64,000 bases of DNA from a bacterium (GCA_023267635.1 JAHFMX010000006.1:1940-65939); one strand, 5' to 3'. Shown: positions 21,301 through 29,478, numbered from the stretch's first letter. A program made the numbers and translations. The notes: generated from the letters alone by a model not told the origin.

Positions 21301-24300
21301 AGTTCTTGATCAATACAATGCTATGCCCATAAAAGTTGAAGTCTGGTCTGGCCAAGGAGAGCCCTATTCTGCTAAAGGCAAAGTGTCTTCTGCTGAAATG
21401 AGGAAAGACATAGCTGAAAATAACCATCTTTACATCTATAAAACAGAAGCAGATTCTTTCGGGCCTCCTGGTGTCATCTATGATAGTCACCCTCTTCTTG
21501 AGCAGACTGGTATTAAGGACATCAATGGAGTTCCTTTGGTCTACAATGACCTGCTCCGGGCAGTGCATGACTATTATGCACATACGATGACTGATGCTTC
21601 TTTTGGTCCAATAGGTGAAGAAGCAGCCTGGAAAACCCACATGCTGATGACACGTAGCCCTTGGGCAAAGTGGGCATTGACATCGGAAACTCGCGGGCAG
21701 AATTCATGGGTTAACTTTAGGGCTTCAGTACAAGGGCTTCCATTGAATGAGAGGGGTTTTGCCATCCAGAAAGTTGATCTACTTCCAAAGAAGTTCCTCT
21801 ACACTGGAGATATTGTTGCTGATGCTAACTTGTCAGAATTGCCTGATGAGGGTGCTCTTTACTCAAAGAATCTTAATATGTCAAAAGAAGCAAGGATGCA
21901 GCGTGCTGTAGAACAGGGGTTTGATACTAGCAAGATTATGTACCACGGAACAGGTGGCAACATTAAAGCTTTCGACCTAAGCTTCGGTGGTCAAACTAGC
22001 CATAGTGAGGTTGGCAAGCTTGGTGTGTCACTTTCTGATGCCCCACTTGTAGCAAATGAGTTTGCAGGAATGGCGGGTAGAAGAGAATTACGCAATGCGA
22101 ATGTTATGCAGCTACTTTACAAGCCTGGTAAGCAGCTTGAGATTAATTTACCAGATGCAGGTCTAGTGGACACCATAAAGAAGGCCTGGGCTGATGGGTA
22201 TGATAGTGTTCGATTCAATAACTACAGAACTCCTTTAGGCTACAAAGGTAATGTGTACATTATCAGGAGACCAAGTGACATTCGTTCTATCTACGCTGCT
22301 TTCGATCCTTCTCAACATGGCAGTTCAGATATTCTTTACTCAAAGAATCTTGACCTGTCTCATAAGGCAAGAATGGAAAGAGCTGTTGAACAGGGCTTCA
22401 ACATCAATCATAAATTCGTTCATGTGTCTCCTCATGCTTTGCCTACTGAATTAAGAAATGACAAAACCCTATATCTGAGTGATAACTTTAAATACGCAGA
22501 ACGCTATGCTAGCCCCAGTGCATCTTCAATGGGTGGAAAAACAGGAGACTACTACAGCAACTTAGCCCCAACAAGCACCCCCGTTTACATAAAAGAGAAG
22601 AATGTCTTTGATACTAGAAAACCAAAAGACCGTAAACTATTTAATGAGAAATTTTTAAACAAATATGGCAATGGCACACCACTACAAAAATCTGGGCTCC
22701 CAGATTGGGTAGAAGCAGAAGACTTTAGAGAGTTCTTTGAAGACAACAACCTTGACTATAATGGTGTTATTGTTGATGAAGGTGCTGACCCTAATGACAA
22801 AGGTGGTGTAACTAAAAGAGGTATTAGCTATGCTATGTTTGATCCTTCAGCAGTAAGATCAGTGCACGCAGCATTTGATCCTGCACAACAAGATAGCTCA
22901 GACATTCTTTATTCTAAGAAAGCCAAACCAGAACTTTACTCTGCTTTGGAAAGAGGCATTAACAATTCTCCAGATCGTATTTTCAATGCCCCGGCTTCTC
23001 AGGTTAAGTCATGGCTAAATAGCAATGCACCTAAACTTGGAATTAAATCCGATGAAATTTACTGGACTGGAATTAATGAGTACCTTGACTCTTTAGGTAA
23101 TACTAAGACCAGCAAGCAAAGTGTTCTGGAATTTATAAGTAAGAATAAAGTTAATCCGATTGATAAAATTCTTGGTGTGGAGTCAAAAGACCTTAATGAT
23201 ATTAGATTAGAAATTAATGATCTTGAAAATGAGATTGATGTACTGGAGCATAATTACCCAGGGTCTAGTGGAAATGAAGTCTATGAAGAAGATGAAGATG
23301 GTAATGAGGTCTATGCTGATAGTGACTACGTGCAGGAACTTAGGGATGAGCACGAGAAGATTATAGATGAAAAGACAAAAGAACTTGACAGATTAAAAGA
23401 AGATGAAGAAGAACTTGCAGAAGAGTCTGAAGGCAAGCATTCTGGTGATCGGTTAAACTTACCTAATGGTAGAGATTATAGGGAGCTGGTTGTAACAATA
23501 CCTGGCATTAGGAAATTTAATGAAGAAGATGCCACACACTTTGGGGATGTTGGTGAGGGTACACAAATTTCATGGATTCGATATGACTCAAGAACTGATG
23601 CTAATGGAGAGTCTTCTTTATTCCTAGAAGAGGTACAAAGTCAACGTGGAGCGGAGGGCAGAACTAAGGGCTTCGGTGACTATGATGTAGTAAAAGCACA
23701 TGAAATATCAAAAAAGCTTCATTCTATAGCACTTAAAGAAATCAATCTTGAGAGTGAATTAGAGAATAATGGAGGTACACTTAGTCCTGAAAAATGGAAA
23801 GAGCTAGAATCTTTAAAAGAAGAGCATGACTTATTAATTGCTGAACAGAAAAAAGAAGAGTCTAAGAGAACGCTGGTACCACCTGCACCCTTTATAACTG
23901 ACAGTAAGAACAAAGCTACTAACACCTACATATCACTGCTTCTAAAAAAGGCAGTCATACAGGCAATAAATAATGGGCACTCCTCTGTAAGCTGGACTAC
24001 CGGAGATCAACAAGCAGATCGTTATGATCTTAGTAAAATGGTATTAGCTATTAGGTACAATCATTTAGGAGACTTAGTTACTACTAAAGTTGATGATAGC
24101 GTGTGGCAGACAATAGCTACTGGAGTACCAGAAAATAAAATAGCTGACTACATTGGGAAAGAAGCAGCAGAAAAGTTGCTAAGTCAAGATAAGGATGTCT
24201 ATGGGCATAGAACTATTACAGGTAATGACTTAAAAGTAGGTGGTGTATGGACTGGGGATATGTATGGGGATGCTCGGGGTTTAAATGCGCAAGGCAAACC

Positions 24301-27300
24301 TTCATTGATAACTCAGGCTGCTTCAGAAATTTCACGTAAGTTCGGTGGTAGGATAGGGGCTATAAGTATCCCAGGCCTAAGATATAGGAGCGAATTTGGC
24401 AATCCATCAATAACACCAGAATTAGAACAGCCGGCTTTGATTATTACTCCTGAAATGCGAGAAAAAGTTCTTGCTGAAGATTTGCCTTTGTTCTCACGTA
24501 GAGCTACATTTACACAGACAGTACAAAATCAGTTTCAAAAAGTAAAGCACTTCGCTACCGGCTTCGATCAAGGTATAAGTACACTTGCTGATATGCGCTC
24601 TGTGCTTAGCACTGGTCACATGCCAACTAAGCACATAGATAAACAAAGTATCCTGGATAAGGTTGCTACATACTTAGTCGATTCTTCAAGACCTTTTGAT
24701 GTCTGGACAAGAAGGCTTCCTAACACTGTTAAAGCAGCTCAATTAGTACTCTCAAAAGACCTAGCTAAACGTAGAACCGCTGTCATGAGTAAAGAAGCTC
24801 TTGATACTTATTTGCGGCCTCTATCAAAAGTAATTAAGAAAATAGCTTCCGATATTGGCATGGATCATTGGGCTGCTCAGTCAATGGCGGGGTACTGGAT
24901 GTCAATGAGGTATGCCATAGAAAAGAATCAAGACTTCATTAGACAAGACAAAGAAGCTTATGAGCAAGCAATCACTAACCTAATGTCTAATCCAACTAAT
25001 GCAAGCCTAGTGAAGCTGGTAAACAAGGCTGCTGATAAGCAAGCTGCCAGGATTGCTGCCATCAATGAGCAAAGAGAAATCGACCCTAATAATGAAACAT
25101 TACAAGCAGGCTTGGCCGGCGGTTACAATGACTTCACAGCTACTAAGCTTATGAATGAAATCGAGTCCAAGATACCAAGAGCTTACCTGGAAGAAGCTGC
25201 ACAGCATATATACGACATGATGAAGTGGAAGACAGAACGAGATTTGAAAAACGGTAAGGTTACACAGGAGCAAGTAGATAGTTGGTTCAACTCACCCTTC
25301 TATGTACCATTAACCGGTGATCCAAGTGTAGACGAGTCAGAAGATAGCTTGTTCAACCCAGGCGGCATAAACCAAGCCAAAGATAAGTCAGCTGTAGGAC
25401 GTAAAGGCAGTCTGGCACAGAGCGGTATTGATGCGGCGACCGAACAAGTAGAGAAGTCAGCTAAGTACCACGGTTGGGTAGACTTCAAGAACAGACTGGT
25501 CGAAACTTATGATGAGCTTATTGCTGAGGAAATGGCACAGGGTGCTAGTAAACAAGAGGCCAAGGATAATGTAGAACGTGAGTATGGAATAACCAAGACT
25601 CCTGAAACAAGAGTCGTTGGTACAGATCAAGGTGCTTTGCTACTTCCTTCACAGAACCCCACAGGCATAACTGTTCGCAAGAACGGGGAATCTAATGTCT
25701 ATGATCTCCATAATCAGGAAGCAGTAGATGCTTTGAAGAGCGTGAATAAAGAAGATGTTCCTAGCATACTTCGTCCTGTAGCCAACTTTACCAGAACTTA
25801 TGCACGCTTCGTTACTCAGCTATTACCCGGTTTTGGTCCGGTTAACGCTATACGTGATACATGGGAACGGTCAGAAAATATCCGTACACGGGTCTTAGAA
25901 GAGTATCCTGATCTAAATATGGATCAAGTTGCAAGAGACGCTATTAAAACCGCAGCAGACCCCAGGCTAATACGGAAGATAGCCGGTGTTATGCTAGAGA
26001 ATAGTTCTCTAAGCTCTAAGTTCCCTATTAATGAAGATGACCCAGACATCAAAACCTTAAGAGCTTTGATTGAGGAAGGTGGTGCTTCCACGGTAGGTGA
26101 CTACCTTGCTACTTCAGGCAGAGACCTTGCTAAGCAAATGAAAGATTCCCTGAAGCTCTCTACAGAAGCCTGGAACCTGGTGTCAGCCTGGAATAACTCC
26201 TTCGAGTTGGTTTCATCCTTATCAATCTTCAAGGCACTTACCAGCGCAGGGGTTAACAACAAGACTGCTGCAGCCACAACCCTTAACTTAATGAACTTTG
26301 GTAAGCAGGGCACTATGATAGGCCCCCTGAAAGCTCTATATACCTTCGTCAACCCCACAGTACAGGGGGGTCATCAGCTCTTACAGACGCTGACTACACG
26401 AAAGGGGCAAGCCAGGGCAGTTGCATACACTTTGGCTGGTATTGCCCTCTATGGCATGCTACGTGCCTGGGATGGAGACGACGACGATCTTGGTGAAAAC
26501 AAGATGGACAACCAAGGTATGTTCATTTCAGAACGTAACATCCTGATACCTTATGGTGATGGAAACTACGTGAAAGTGCCTGTAGGCTTTGGTCTTCCTC
26601 AGCTTACCTGGTCTGCTGCTGTTAACCTTGATAAATGGATGTTTGGTAAACAGAAAGGTGAAGACACCGTGGCTGGTATCTTGAAGTCTACAGCTAGAAA
26701 CTTCGCCCCGGTAGCTCCCAGTGAAACCAACATTTCACAGCATCCTATTTACTGGATGGCTCAAACGTTCTCACCACAAATAGCTAAGCCTTTAGTGAAT
26801 GTAGGCTTGAATATCAACACCTTTGGTTCTTCTCTAACCAATGCAGGGTATGGTAAAGAAGGCATTTCTGAAGCTCTACAGGGCAGGAAATCAACTGCCC
26901 AGGAATGGAAGGACATAGCAGTTGAGCTGGGCAAACTGGGTATTGATCTTTACCCGGAACAAGTAAGAGAAATAGTTCGGGGCTTCGCTGTTGGGCCTGT
27001 TAATGAAGTTATCAAAGCTACAATAGAAAATCCTAATAGAGAGAAATTAGGAAGAACAACAGTCAATAACCTGGTTGATAGATGGGTATCAGTACATGAC
27101 AGTGGGGCTTTGAAAGAGAGGCTGTATTACATGCACCGTGATGAGATGAATGCCGCTGCTAGAAAAGAATCACTTGGAACTGAGCTAAGTTCAAAAGAGA
27201 CAGGTTTAGCTAAGCTTAATAGATCAATAAGCAAGCTTGAAGGCTCAGCTAATGGCAAGCGAGCTGCTGCTGCTAAAGCTATTAAAGCTGGTAAGTCAGG

Positions 27301-27385
27301 ATCAGAGTATCTTGCACAAGCCAACAAAATAAGAGATAATGCAGAGCGCATAACACGCAATTACTACAATGCACATGTGGAATAA
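15356..27385 (+). CDS. large polyvalent internal virion protein (PPase-like, zincin, LPD23, GNAT-like, 2x ART-like, LPD38)
   Basis: 4009 aa; IENPEGSVRSG..YGYI..DNDHVD..FDEHKV (PPase-like); LAHEFLH (zincin); TGWFKGADEHWRFEIDD..LHEAQHAVQ..GEIEARNVQ (LPD23); LGGTKLDAFDTVLPEIY..GFKEVGR (GNAT-like); YHGT..FD..GYDSV (ART-like); YVKVPVGFG..NINTFGS (LPD38-like). Confidence 0.8.
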   Translation: MANLIGQQARVKPSDDQDFLGAINSYGGASSTSATTQKNPDQEFTDTINSYGDQTGTLGAYGQTFVQAAKGVPGFIGQAIEGGTPFDQENGVDQIVKDTQKSNEEFASGSDAEQPVLGGLAKVKDIKGSAGSLTSSLATMAPTVIGGLIGGALGGPAAPLTATAGATIGGLIGGGLGYLGMSRQSENQLIRDVVDKEDQTRSAQGKPLLNQDEKVAKQNALLESGDPQLQGFAEAAGETIGNFLEIAAAMTPLGKLGNVLKAVGGPFSGALATAALRGTGILAVENIEEQATNLVQNPIAKRQGLPEATAAETAKQTTLATLPFAALGMGVGGYHDYKSAKKEKDFQEYLAGASTEELQSNIQTLQTPSPEDDEQTAQYKQSLAQAYTDELNSRGTTDENNNQATGAEQPSGIGGIANRPTTLDRGTPKQEPGTNGQGVNVTEPAGASRRSVEPIPQEETRQPGLDERGSTLSNISDEGLKKAIELLNKHETDSPEAIKSKEDAITFYSNELERRKPPTQPIEETQNEKQKITNETDANANEANAETGQGQEGLQVIQPNITQPNITEEGTNLEQAGTATSKNAGQTTKEETGTTTVSSTGEGGLVNVNQAAPVTGIGAEQAKQGTSFGQPGLAESVEAQQKEEVVGSIPTTASVGATGAQKSKAPVVSEGAPQPATAGGQTTPDYSYLSDKGFTPEEIQHVGEASKTHKDLNGWARGRFGYDRVKGVNFTQSIAPNAPAINNEVDAAAHEAAASPLNDLAHPSQAQIEAENPKLGHIENFHGMSISIENPEGSVRSGVSLEGRPWQNTLKNHYGYIKGTVGNDNDHVDTFIGPDVGSQKAFIVNQNHVTRGIGTNRFDEHKVILGAKTKKQALQIYHDNYEKGWQGMGSITQMSVGQLKEQLGTGKLTKPVLQEQVSQQETNQSNKPEAPTPKGYMSTGDVFSRLTSKQRAFHKSGKLIVVPTEEQLPASLRPKKGEESSIPGLYHPKEDKIYVVAHNIKHDELNGLLAHEFLHRAVRVDKVFKGKFDKFDRGLTARFNMAGRGIGSDIEKAAYKHVVDAGTPQHQLLDEYKSYLVQEYAKNPDSFVGEIKRLIEEFIAAIKVALVKSGLDSGFIEKLTPADLYEMSKYGAEQVESTQPQKNNEALKSFIGVKSQTAPKYELSTAMSDIEAGENPEGVRKDTGWFKGADEHWRFEIDDSEAKLDEKEVNTLKGYYKLGRLSGLEKILIHPKLFAAYPQLRTIGIKFAKLQEGVGGGTSQDGKFITLNVDLKDDKILSVLLHEAQHAVQIHEGWAGGGSPSTFQKEFVERVELLEKIVKDINNELSVQAGIMNKYEVRGSYRKYTAPEGYTAAAKYDELMQERSDAAKSLRRIGLLNDVADTSRKIYSRLYGEIEARNVQRRMDFSAQEREKFSPEGTQDYANKDAVILWANADVKGLLFPENEADLLYSKKTKTQEGIKLNERKPTEISTKETSEYTKRNILNTSRLDRTSHAEKRYFQERSGNSAERVRGIKGVFSPGKSITSDFEKAGVPSPEYHEWFNGNKMVEKYMGIMTKAQNTKFGAAVYIYPKEDYRKMRIFVTPDELSGFALKTDGDIVSVVSLPEAPSGRVYSMMALATELGGTKLDAFDTVLPEIYAVSGFKEVGRVNWNEDYKPDNWDKEVFSKFNNGEPDVVFMEYDPTYSPFKRSEIEVSLSNAQHTIPGISKLTKEFVDGDTTAGVLLRELGHDSLDYLTSGIKSVSISYKDPTGVYGGDKEPSLGVAASFEEKDRKEVLRALAQFAKNFDQEQFHVLGSVGTNTEVMHVYDDGSYNTKVYSFTLNKVPSEKEVSKLINNSGLYGLTISGSTLESYYVEQDQNDANEYKEWTSKIDKLHEIISGRNLKSYGEKVARLWVYGSGNRAISYGQIEGKFHPSYTDQGQKASQRVASRLIGRDVKAPSIPKTVTPEQKALQASIAQAYDEMRINALDQTNVIRAYKELASEVLDQYNAMPIKVEVWSGQGEPYSAKGKVSSAEMRKDIAENNHLYIYKTEADSFGPPGVIYDSHPLLEQTGIKDINGVPLVYNDLLRAVHDYYAHTMTDASFGPIGEEAAWKTHMLMTRSPWAKWALTSETRGQNSWVNFRASVQGLPLNERGFAIQKVDLLPKKFLYTGDIVADANLSELPDEGALYSKNLNMSKEARMQRAVEQGFDTSKIMYHGTGGNIKAFDLSFGGQTSHSEVGKLGVSLSDAPLVANEFAGMAGRRELRNANVMQLLYKPGKQLEINLPDAGLVDTIKKAWADGYDSVRFNNYRTPLGYKGNVYIIRRPSDIRSIYAAFDPSQHGSSDILYSKNLDLSHKARMERAVEQGFNINHKFVHVSPHALPTELRNDKTLYLSDNFKYAERYASPSASSMGGKTGDYYSNLAPTSTPVYIKEKNVFDTRKPKDRKLFNEKFLNKYGNGTPLQKSGLPDWVEAEDFREFFEDNNLDYNGVIVDEGADPNDKGGVTKRGISYAMFDPSAVRSVHAAFDPAQQDSSDILYSKKAKPELYSALERGINNSPDRIFNAPASQVKSWLNSNAPKLGIKSDEIYWTGINEYLDSLGNTKTSKQSVLEFISKNKVNPIDKILGVESKDLNDIRLEINDLENEIDVLEHNYPGSSGNEVYEEDEDGNEVYADSDYVQELRDEHEKIIDEKTKELDRLKEDEEELAEESEGKHSGDRLNLPNGRDYRELVVTIPGIRKFNEEDATHFGDVGEGTQISWIRYDSRTDANGESSLFLEEVQSQRGAEGRTKGFGDYDVVKAHEISKKLHSIALKEINLESELENNGGTLSPEKWKELESLKEEHDLLIAEQKKEESKRTLVPPAPFITDSKNKATNTYISLLLKKAVIQAINNGHSSVSWTTGDQQADRYDLSKMVLAIRYNHLGDLVTTKVDDSVWQTIATGVPENKIADYIGKEAAEKLLSQDKDVYGHRTITGNDLKVGGVWTGDMYGDARGLNAQGKPSLITQAASEISRKFGGRIGAISIPGLRYRSEFGNPSITPELEQPALIITPEMREKVLAEDLPLFSRRATFTQTVQNQFQKVKHFATGFDQGISTLADMRSVLSTGHMPTKHIDKQSILDKVATYLVDSSRPFDVWTRRLPNTVKAAQLVLSKDLAKRRTAVMSKEALDTYLRPLSKVIKKIASDIGMDHWAAQSMAGYWMSMRYAIEKNQDFIRQDKEAYEQAITNLMSNPTNASLVKLVNKAADKQAARIAAINEQREIDPNNETLQAGLAGGYNDFTATKLMNEIESKIPRAYLEEAAQHIYDMMKWKTERDLKNGKVTQEQVDSWFNSPFYVPLTGDPSVDESEDSLFNPGGINQAKDKSAVGRKGSLAQSGIDAATEQVEKSAKYHGWVDFKNRLVETYDELIAEEMAQGASKQEAKDNVEREYGITKTPETRVVGTDQGALLLPSQNPTGITVRKNGESNVYDLHNQEAVDALKSVNKEDVPSILRPVANFTRTYARFVTQLLPGFGPVNAIRDTWERSENIRTRVLEEYPDLNMDQVARDAIKTAADPRLIRKIAGVMLENSSLSSKFPINEDDPDIKTLRALIEEGGASTVGDYLATSGRDLAKQMKDSLKLSTEAWNLVSAWNNSFELVSSLSIFKALTSAGVNNKTAAATTLNLMNFGKQGTMIGPLKALYTFVNPTVQGGHQLLQTLTTRKGQARAVAYTLAGIALYGMLRAWDGDDDDLGENKMDNQGMFISERNILIPYGDGNYVKVPVGFGLPQLTWSAAVNLDKWMFGKQKGEDTVAGILKSTARNFAPVAPSETNISQHPIYWMAQTFSPQIAKPLVNVGLNINTFGSSLTNAGYGKEGISEALQGRKSTAQEWKDIAVELGKLGIDLYPEQVREIVRGFAVGPVNEVIKATIENPNREKLGRTTVNNLVDRWVSVHDSGALKERLYYMHRDEMNAAARKESLGTELSSKETGLAKLNRSISKLEGSANGKRAAAAKAIKAGKSGSEYLAQANKIRDNAERITRNYYNAHVE
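16935..17024 (+). CDS. overprinted (+1 frame) 29-aa basic peptide MKNKKSPMKPMPMPMKQMPKPGKGKKGCK
   Basis: AGAGGA SD at 16921-16926; ATG 16935, TAA 17022-17024; nested in giant gene. Confidence 0.55.
   Translation: MKNKKSPMKPMPMPMKQMPKPGKGKKGCK
17175..17357 (+). CDS. overprinted (+1 frame) 60-aa protein
   Basis: Perfect AGGAGG at 17161-17166, 8 nt before ATG. Confidence 0.45.
   Translation: MLIKQHLSQVLEQNKQSREQVLVNQDLLSLLKPSRKKKLWAQFLQLLPWEPQVHRSPKPQ
19740..19895 (+). CDS. overprinted (+1 frame) 51-aa helical protein directly before the GNAT-like domain
   Basis: AAGGA SD at 19725-19729; C-terminal LTELVMQKKGISKKEAETLLREFGA is amphipathic and protein-like. Confidence 0.55.
   Translation: MKENQLKSLQKKPQSTQKEISSIPADLTELVMQKKGISKKEAETLLREFGA
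20928..21134 (+). CDS. overprinted (+1 frame) 68-aa protein
   Basis: GGAG upstream; host-frame codons shift to C-ending (ATC/CTC/GTC/GAC/TAC) across the overlap. Confidence 0.5.
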   Translation: MTQMNTKSGQVKSTSSTKLSPAEISKAMEKKWRDSGSTVAETEPSAMVKLKANFTHRTPTKGKKLLNG

Positions 27386-27740
27386 TCTAAAGATGAGATA
27401 CAGTTACAGTTTTGATGAGGAAGTATATTTTGGTGATTTTGATGAGCTTGAAAAAGCAGCAAACTCTGGATTTAAGGAAAGGCCTGAAGTTGATAAATTA
27501 TGGGTTGGCGAACGACATGATCCAGAGCCACATGATTTTATATTACCCGAAAGCATACTTGAAAGCTTATTGTGCAATGCTTATGATGAATGTGGTGATT
27601 TGTGTGGAGATTGGCTGTCAGGCATACTTAAGGATTCTGAGAAGCTTAAAGAGCTGAAAACGCTTATTGGAGACTGGGTTCAAGCTAACGACCCACCGAA
27701 ATTTTGGGTTGTTACCCATCCAGTTTTATTTAAAAAATGA
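27369..27740 (+). CDS. hypothetical acidic protein
   Basis: 123 aa ORF; YSYSFDEEVYFG..AYDECGD..DWL resembles common phage hypotheticals. Confidence 0.55.
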   Translation: MHMWNNLKMRYSYSFDEEVYFGDFDELEKAANSGFKERPEVDKLWVGERHDPEPHDFILPESILESLLCNAYDECGDLCGDWLSGILKDSEKLKELKTLIGDWVQANDPPKFWVVTHPVLFKK

Positions 27741-27943
27741 AACTAATTAAATGGTTTTTAGGTGCTGGAGGATTCAGTAACTATGGTTTTGAATTCTCAC
27801 CAGCAAACTTTAAGTACATGCGTGCAGATAAAGCTTTAACTCTGCTCTTTTTTTGGAGGCCCTTAGCATTCGCTCTATGGGCATACTCCATAATACTGGA
27901 TAACTTCATTAACTTAGTAGCAGCAAGGTTTAAGAATGTCTGA
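27737..27943 (+). CDS. hypothetical membrane protein
   Basis: ATGA coupling; hydrophobic/aromatic C-half. Confidence 0.45.
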   Translation: MKLIKWFLGAGGFSNYGFEFSPANFKYMRADKALTLLFFWRPLAFALWAYSIILDNFINLVAARFKNV

Positions 27944-28238
27944 TAATAGAACACATCAAAGGCGAGTAGACGATAGATTTAAAGATGAGGTTCTTGAAAA
28001 AAGACATGAAGAACTTGAGCTCTACGTAAGGATTTTCACAGCCAAAGTAGACGGTTATATCGCTGCCATAAATTTATCATTAAAAGTTATGGGCTTTGGC
28101 CTTACTCTTTTTGCTGGTATTGTGGGATGGCACGCTAAAGAAAGTGAAACTACATTAAGAGAACTTACCAGTAATGTTAATTCTCTTACTACTAGTGTAG
28201 CTATTATAAATGCTGAAAGGCCTATAAAGAGGGACTAA
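27936..28238 (+). CDS. TM + coiled-coil protein (holin/antiholin-like)
   Basis: QRRxDD N-terminus, single TM VMGFGLTLFAGIVGW; last gene of + strand operon. Confidence 0.45.
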   Translation: MSDNRTHQRRVDDRFKDEVLEKRHEELELYVRIFTAKVDGYIAAINLSLKVMGFGLTLFAGIVGWHAKESETTLRELTSNVNSLTTSVAIINAERPIKRD

Positions 28239-28573
28239 AATCTACCCCGTGTCAAAAAACTTAAAGCTAGCTTATTATCAAGACCTATCTTCCCACTTCC
28301 TGCCTTTTCTACTTTCTCTTTTGCTCTTTCTTTTAGTTTGTGTCTTTGCTTATGCTGATTAGTGAGCTCCAGCATTTCTTTCAAGTCATTTGAGCCTAGC
28401 CAACTCATTACTTGGGTTAGATCATAAGCAGACTCATTATGTGGGAGGGTTAGAACTTTTTTTGGGAACTTGCAACCAGGTGTAATTGACAGCTCATTAA
28501 TTCTTTGTTGATGGATACCCAGCATCTTTGCCAAGTCCCTTCTGGTTATTTTTGTCTCTTTGTCATAGAGCAT
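28235..28573 (-). CDS. AlpA/excisionase-like HTH protein
   Basis: ITRRDLAKMLGIHQQRINEL....FPK...YDLTQVMSWL. Confidence 0.6.
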   Translation of the reverse strand: MLYDKETKITRRDLAKMLGIHQQRINELSITPGCKFPKKVLTLPHNESAYDLTQVMSWLGSNDLKEMLELTNQHKQRHKLKERAKEKVEKAGSGKIGLDNKLALSFLTRGRF

Positions 28574-28874
28574 CTAAGCTACCACTTTTTATGCTCTCTA
28601 TTCTTTTGTCAATCATATAAGTTTCTAGCCACTCATGCTCTTTCAAATTAGGGTCATCACAGAATGAAAAAGCATGTTCAGAGCACTTAAGCATACCTAA
28701 GCTGTAAAGGTAGATCAGAGTTTCAAGAGGGTTATATGGTATACATATCTGCCCAAAGCTTATTTTATTTATGTAGAAGAAATCCAGGTCTCTGTTATCA
28801 GGGCTTCTTTTCAAAGCTTTTGATAGCTCAGGCATAGGCATCGGATTGATAAGTTGTAAATGTATACTAATCAC
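28563..28874 (-). CDS. hypothetical protein
   Basis: 103 aa, overlapping neighbours in - strand operon. Confidence 0.45.
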   Translation of the reverse strand: MISIHLQLINPMPMPELSKALKRSPDNRDLDFFYINKISFGQICIPYNPLETLIYLYSLGMLKCSEHAFSFCDDPNLKEHEWLETYMIDKRIESIKSGSLDAL

Positions 28875-29107
28875 ACAATCACCTGCGTTATTTTCTCAAG
28901 GCTCTCAAAGCCAAAATAGGCTTTTGAAACTTCATCTGTATTTGAATTTATCTCTACTGAGAGTACAACAACTCTAACTTCAAAAATAAATGTATCACCT
29001 GGCTTTACTTTAAGAAGTTCTTCTGGGATAGGCTCATTTTTGTGTGTGAGATAAAATCTTTCAGAATCAATAGACAAGTACCCACTAATGCTTTTATGTG
29101 TGTTCAT
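28871..29107 (-). CDS. hypothetical protein
   Basis: ATGA coupling; GAGG SD. Confidence 0.5.
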   Translation of the reverse strand: MNTHKSISGYLSIDSERFYLTHKNEPIPEELLKVKPGDTFIFEVRVVVLSVEINSNTDEVSKAYFGFESLEKITQVIV

Positions 29108-29478
29108 AAGAAATCCTCTTCATTTATTTTATCAAGATTATTAAAGCCAAAACGCTCTGCTGCTAACTCTGCTGCTTTTACTGCCCTATCAAGACTACCA
29201 CTTATAAAAAGAGAGCCATTGTGTTGTATAAGATGCCTGAGGCTATCTATTGCTTCCTGCTCAGTTCTACCAAGGCCCTCACACCAATTTCCATGAAAGT
29301 CTTTATTAAAAGGATTACTGTCCCATGAGTACGCCTTTGAAGCATTAACATTGGGGAGCCCAAAAATTGAAACTCCACACCTTGCCGCAAACTTATCAGC
29401 TACCTTTTTAATGTATACAGGGGTTGACCCTGCTATAGCAATGTCAACACATTGATAGGCTTCTACATCATTCGTCAT
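29104..29478 (-). CDS. hypothetical protein
   Basis: Likely start MTNDVEAY at 29478; the track's longer N-terminus overlaps the upstream peptide gene. Confidence 0.5.
   Translation of the reverse strand: MTNDVEAYQCVDIAIAGSTPVYIKKVADKFAARCGVSIFGLPNVNASKAYSWDSNPFNKDFHGNWCEGLGRTEQEAIDSLRHLIQHNGSLFISGSLDRAVKAAELAAERFGFNNLDKINEEDFL

Larger units (their letters stand above)
19697..22920 (+). repeat. dispersed 14-nt junction repeat CTTTACTCAAAGAA (LYSK)
   Basis: Exact at 19697-19710, 21857-21870 and 22334-22347; variant CTTTATTCTAAGAA at 22907-22920. Confidence 0.85.

Noticed and set aside
23270-23370. Met-rich +1 reading (MKKMKMVMRSML)
   Set aside because: Expected shadow of GAT/GAA-rich acidic host codons
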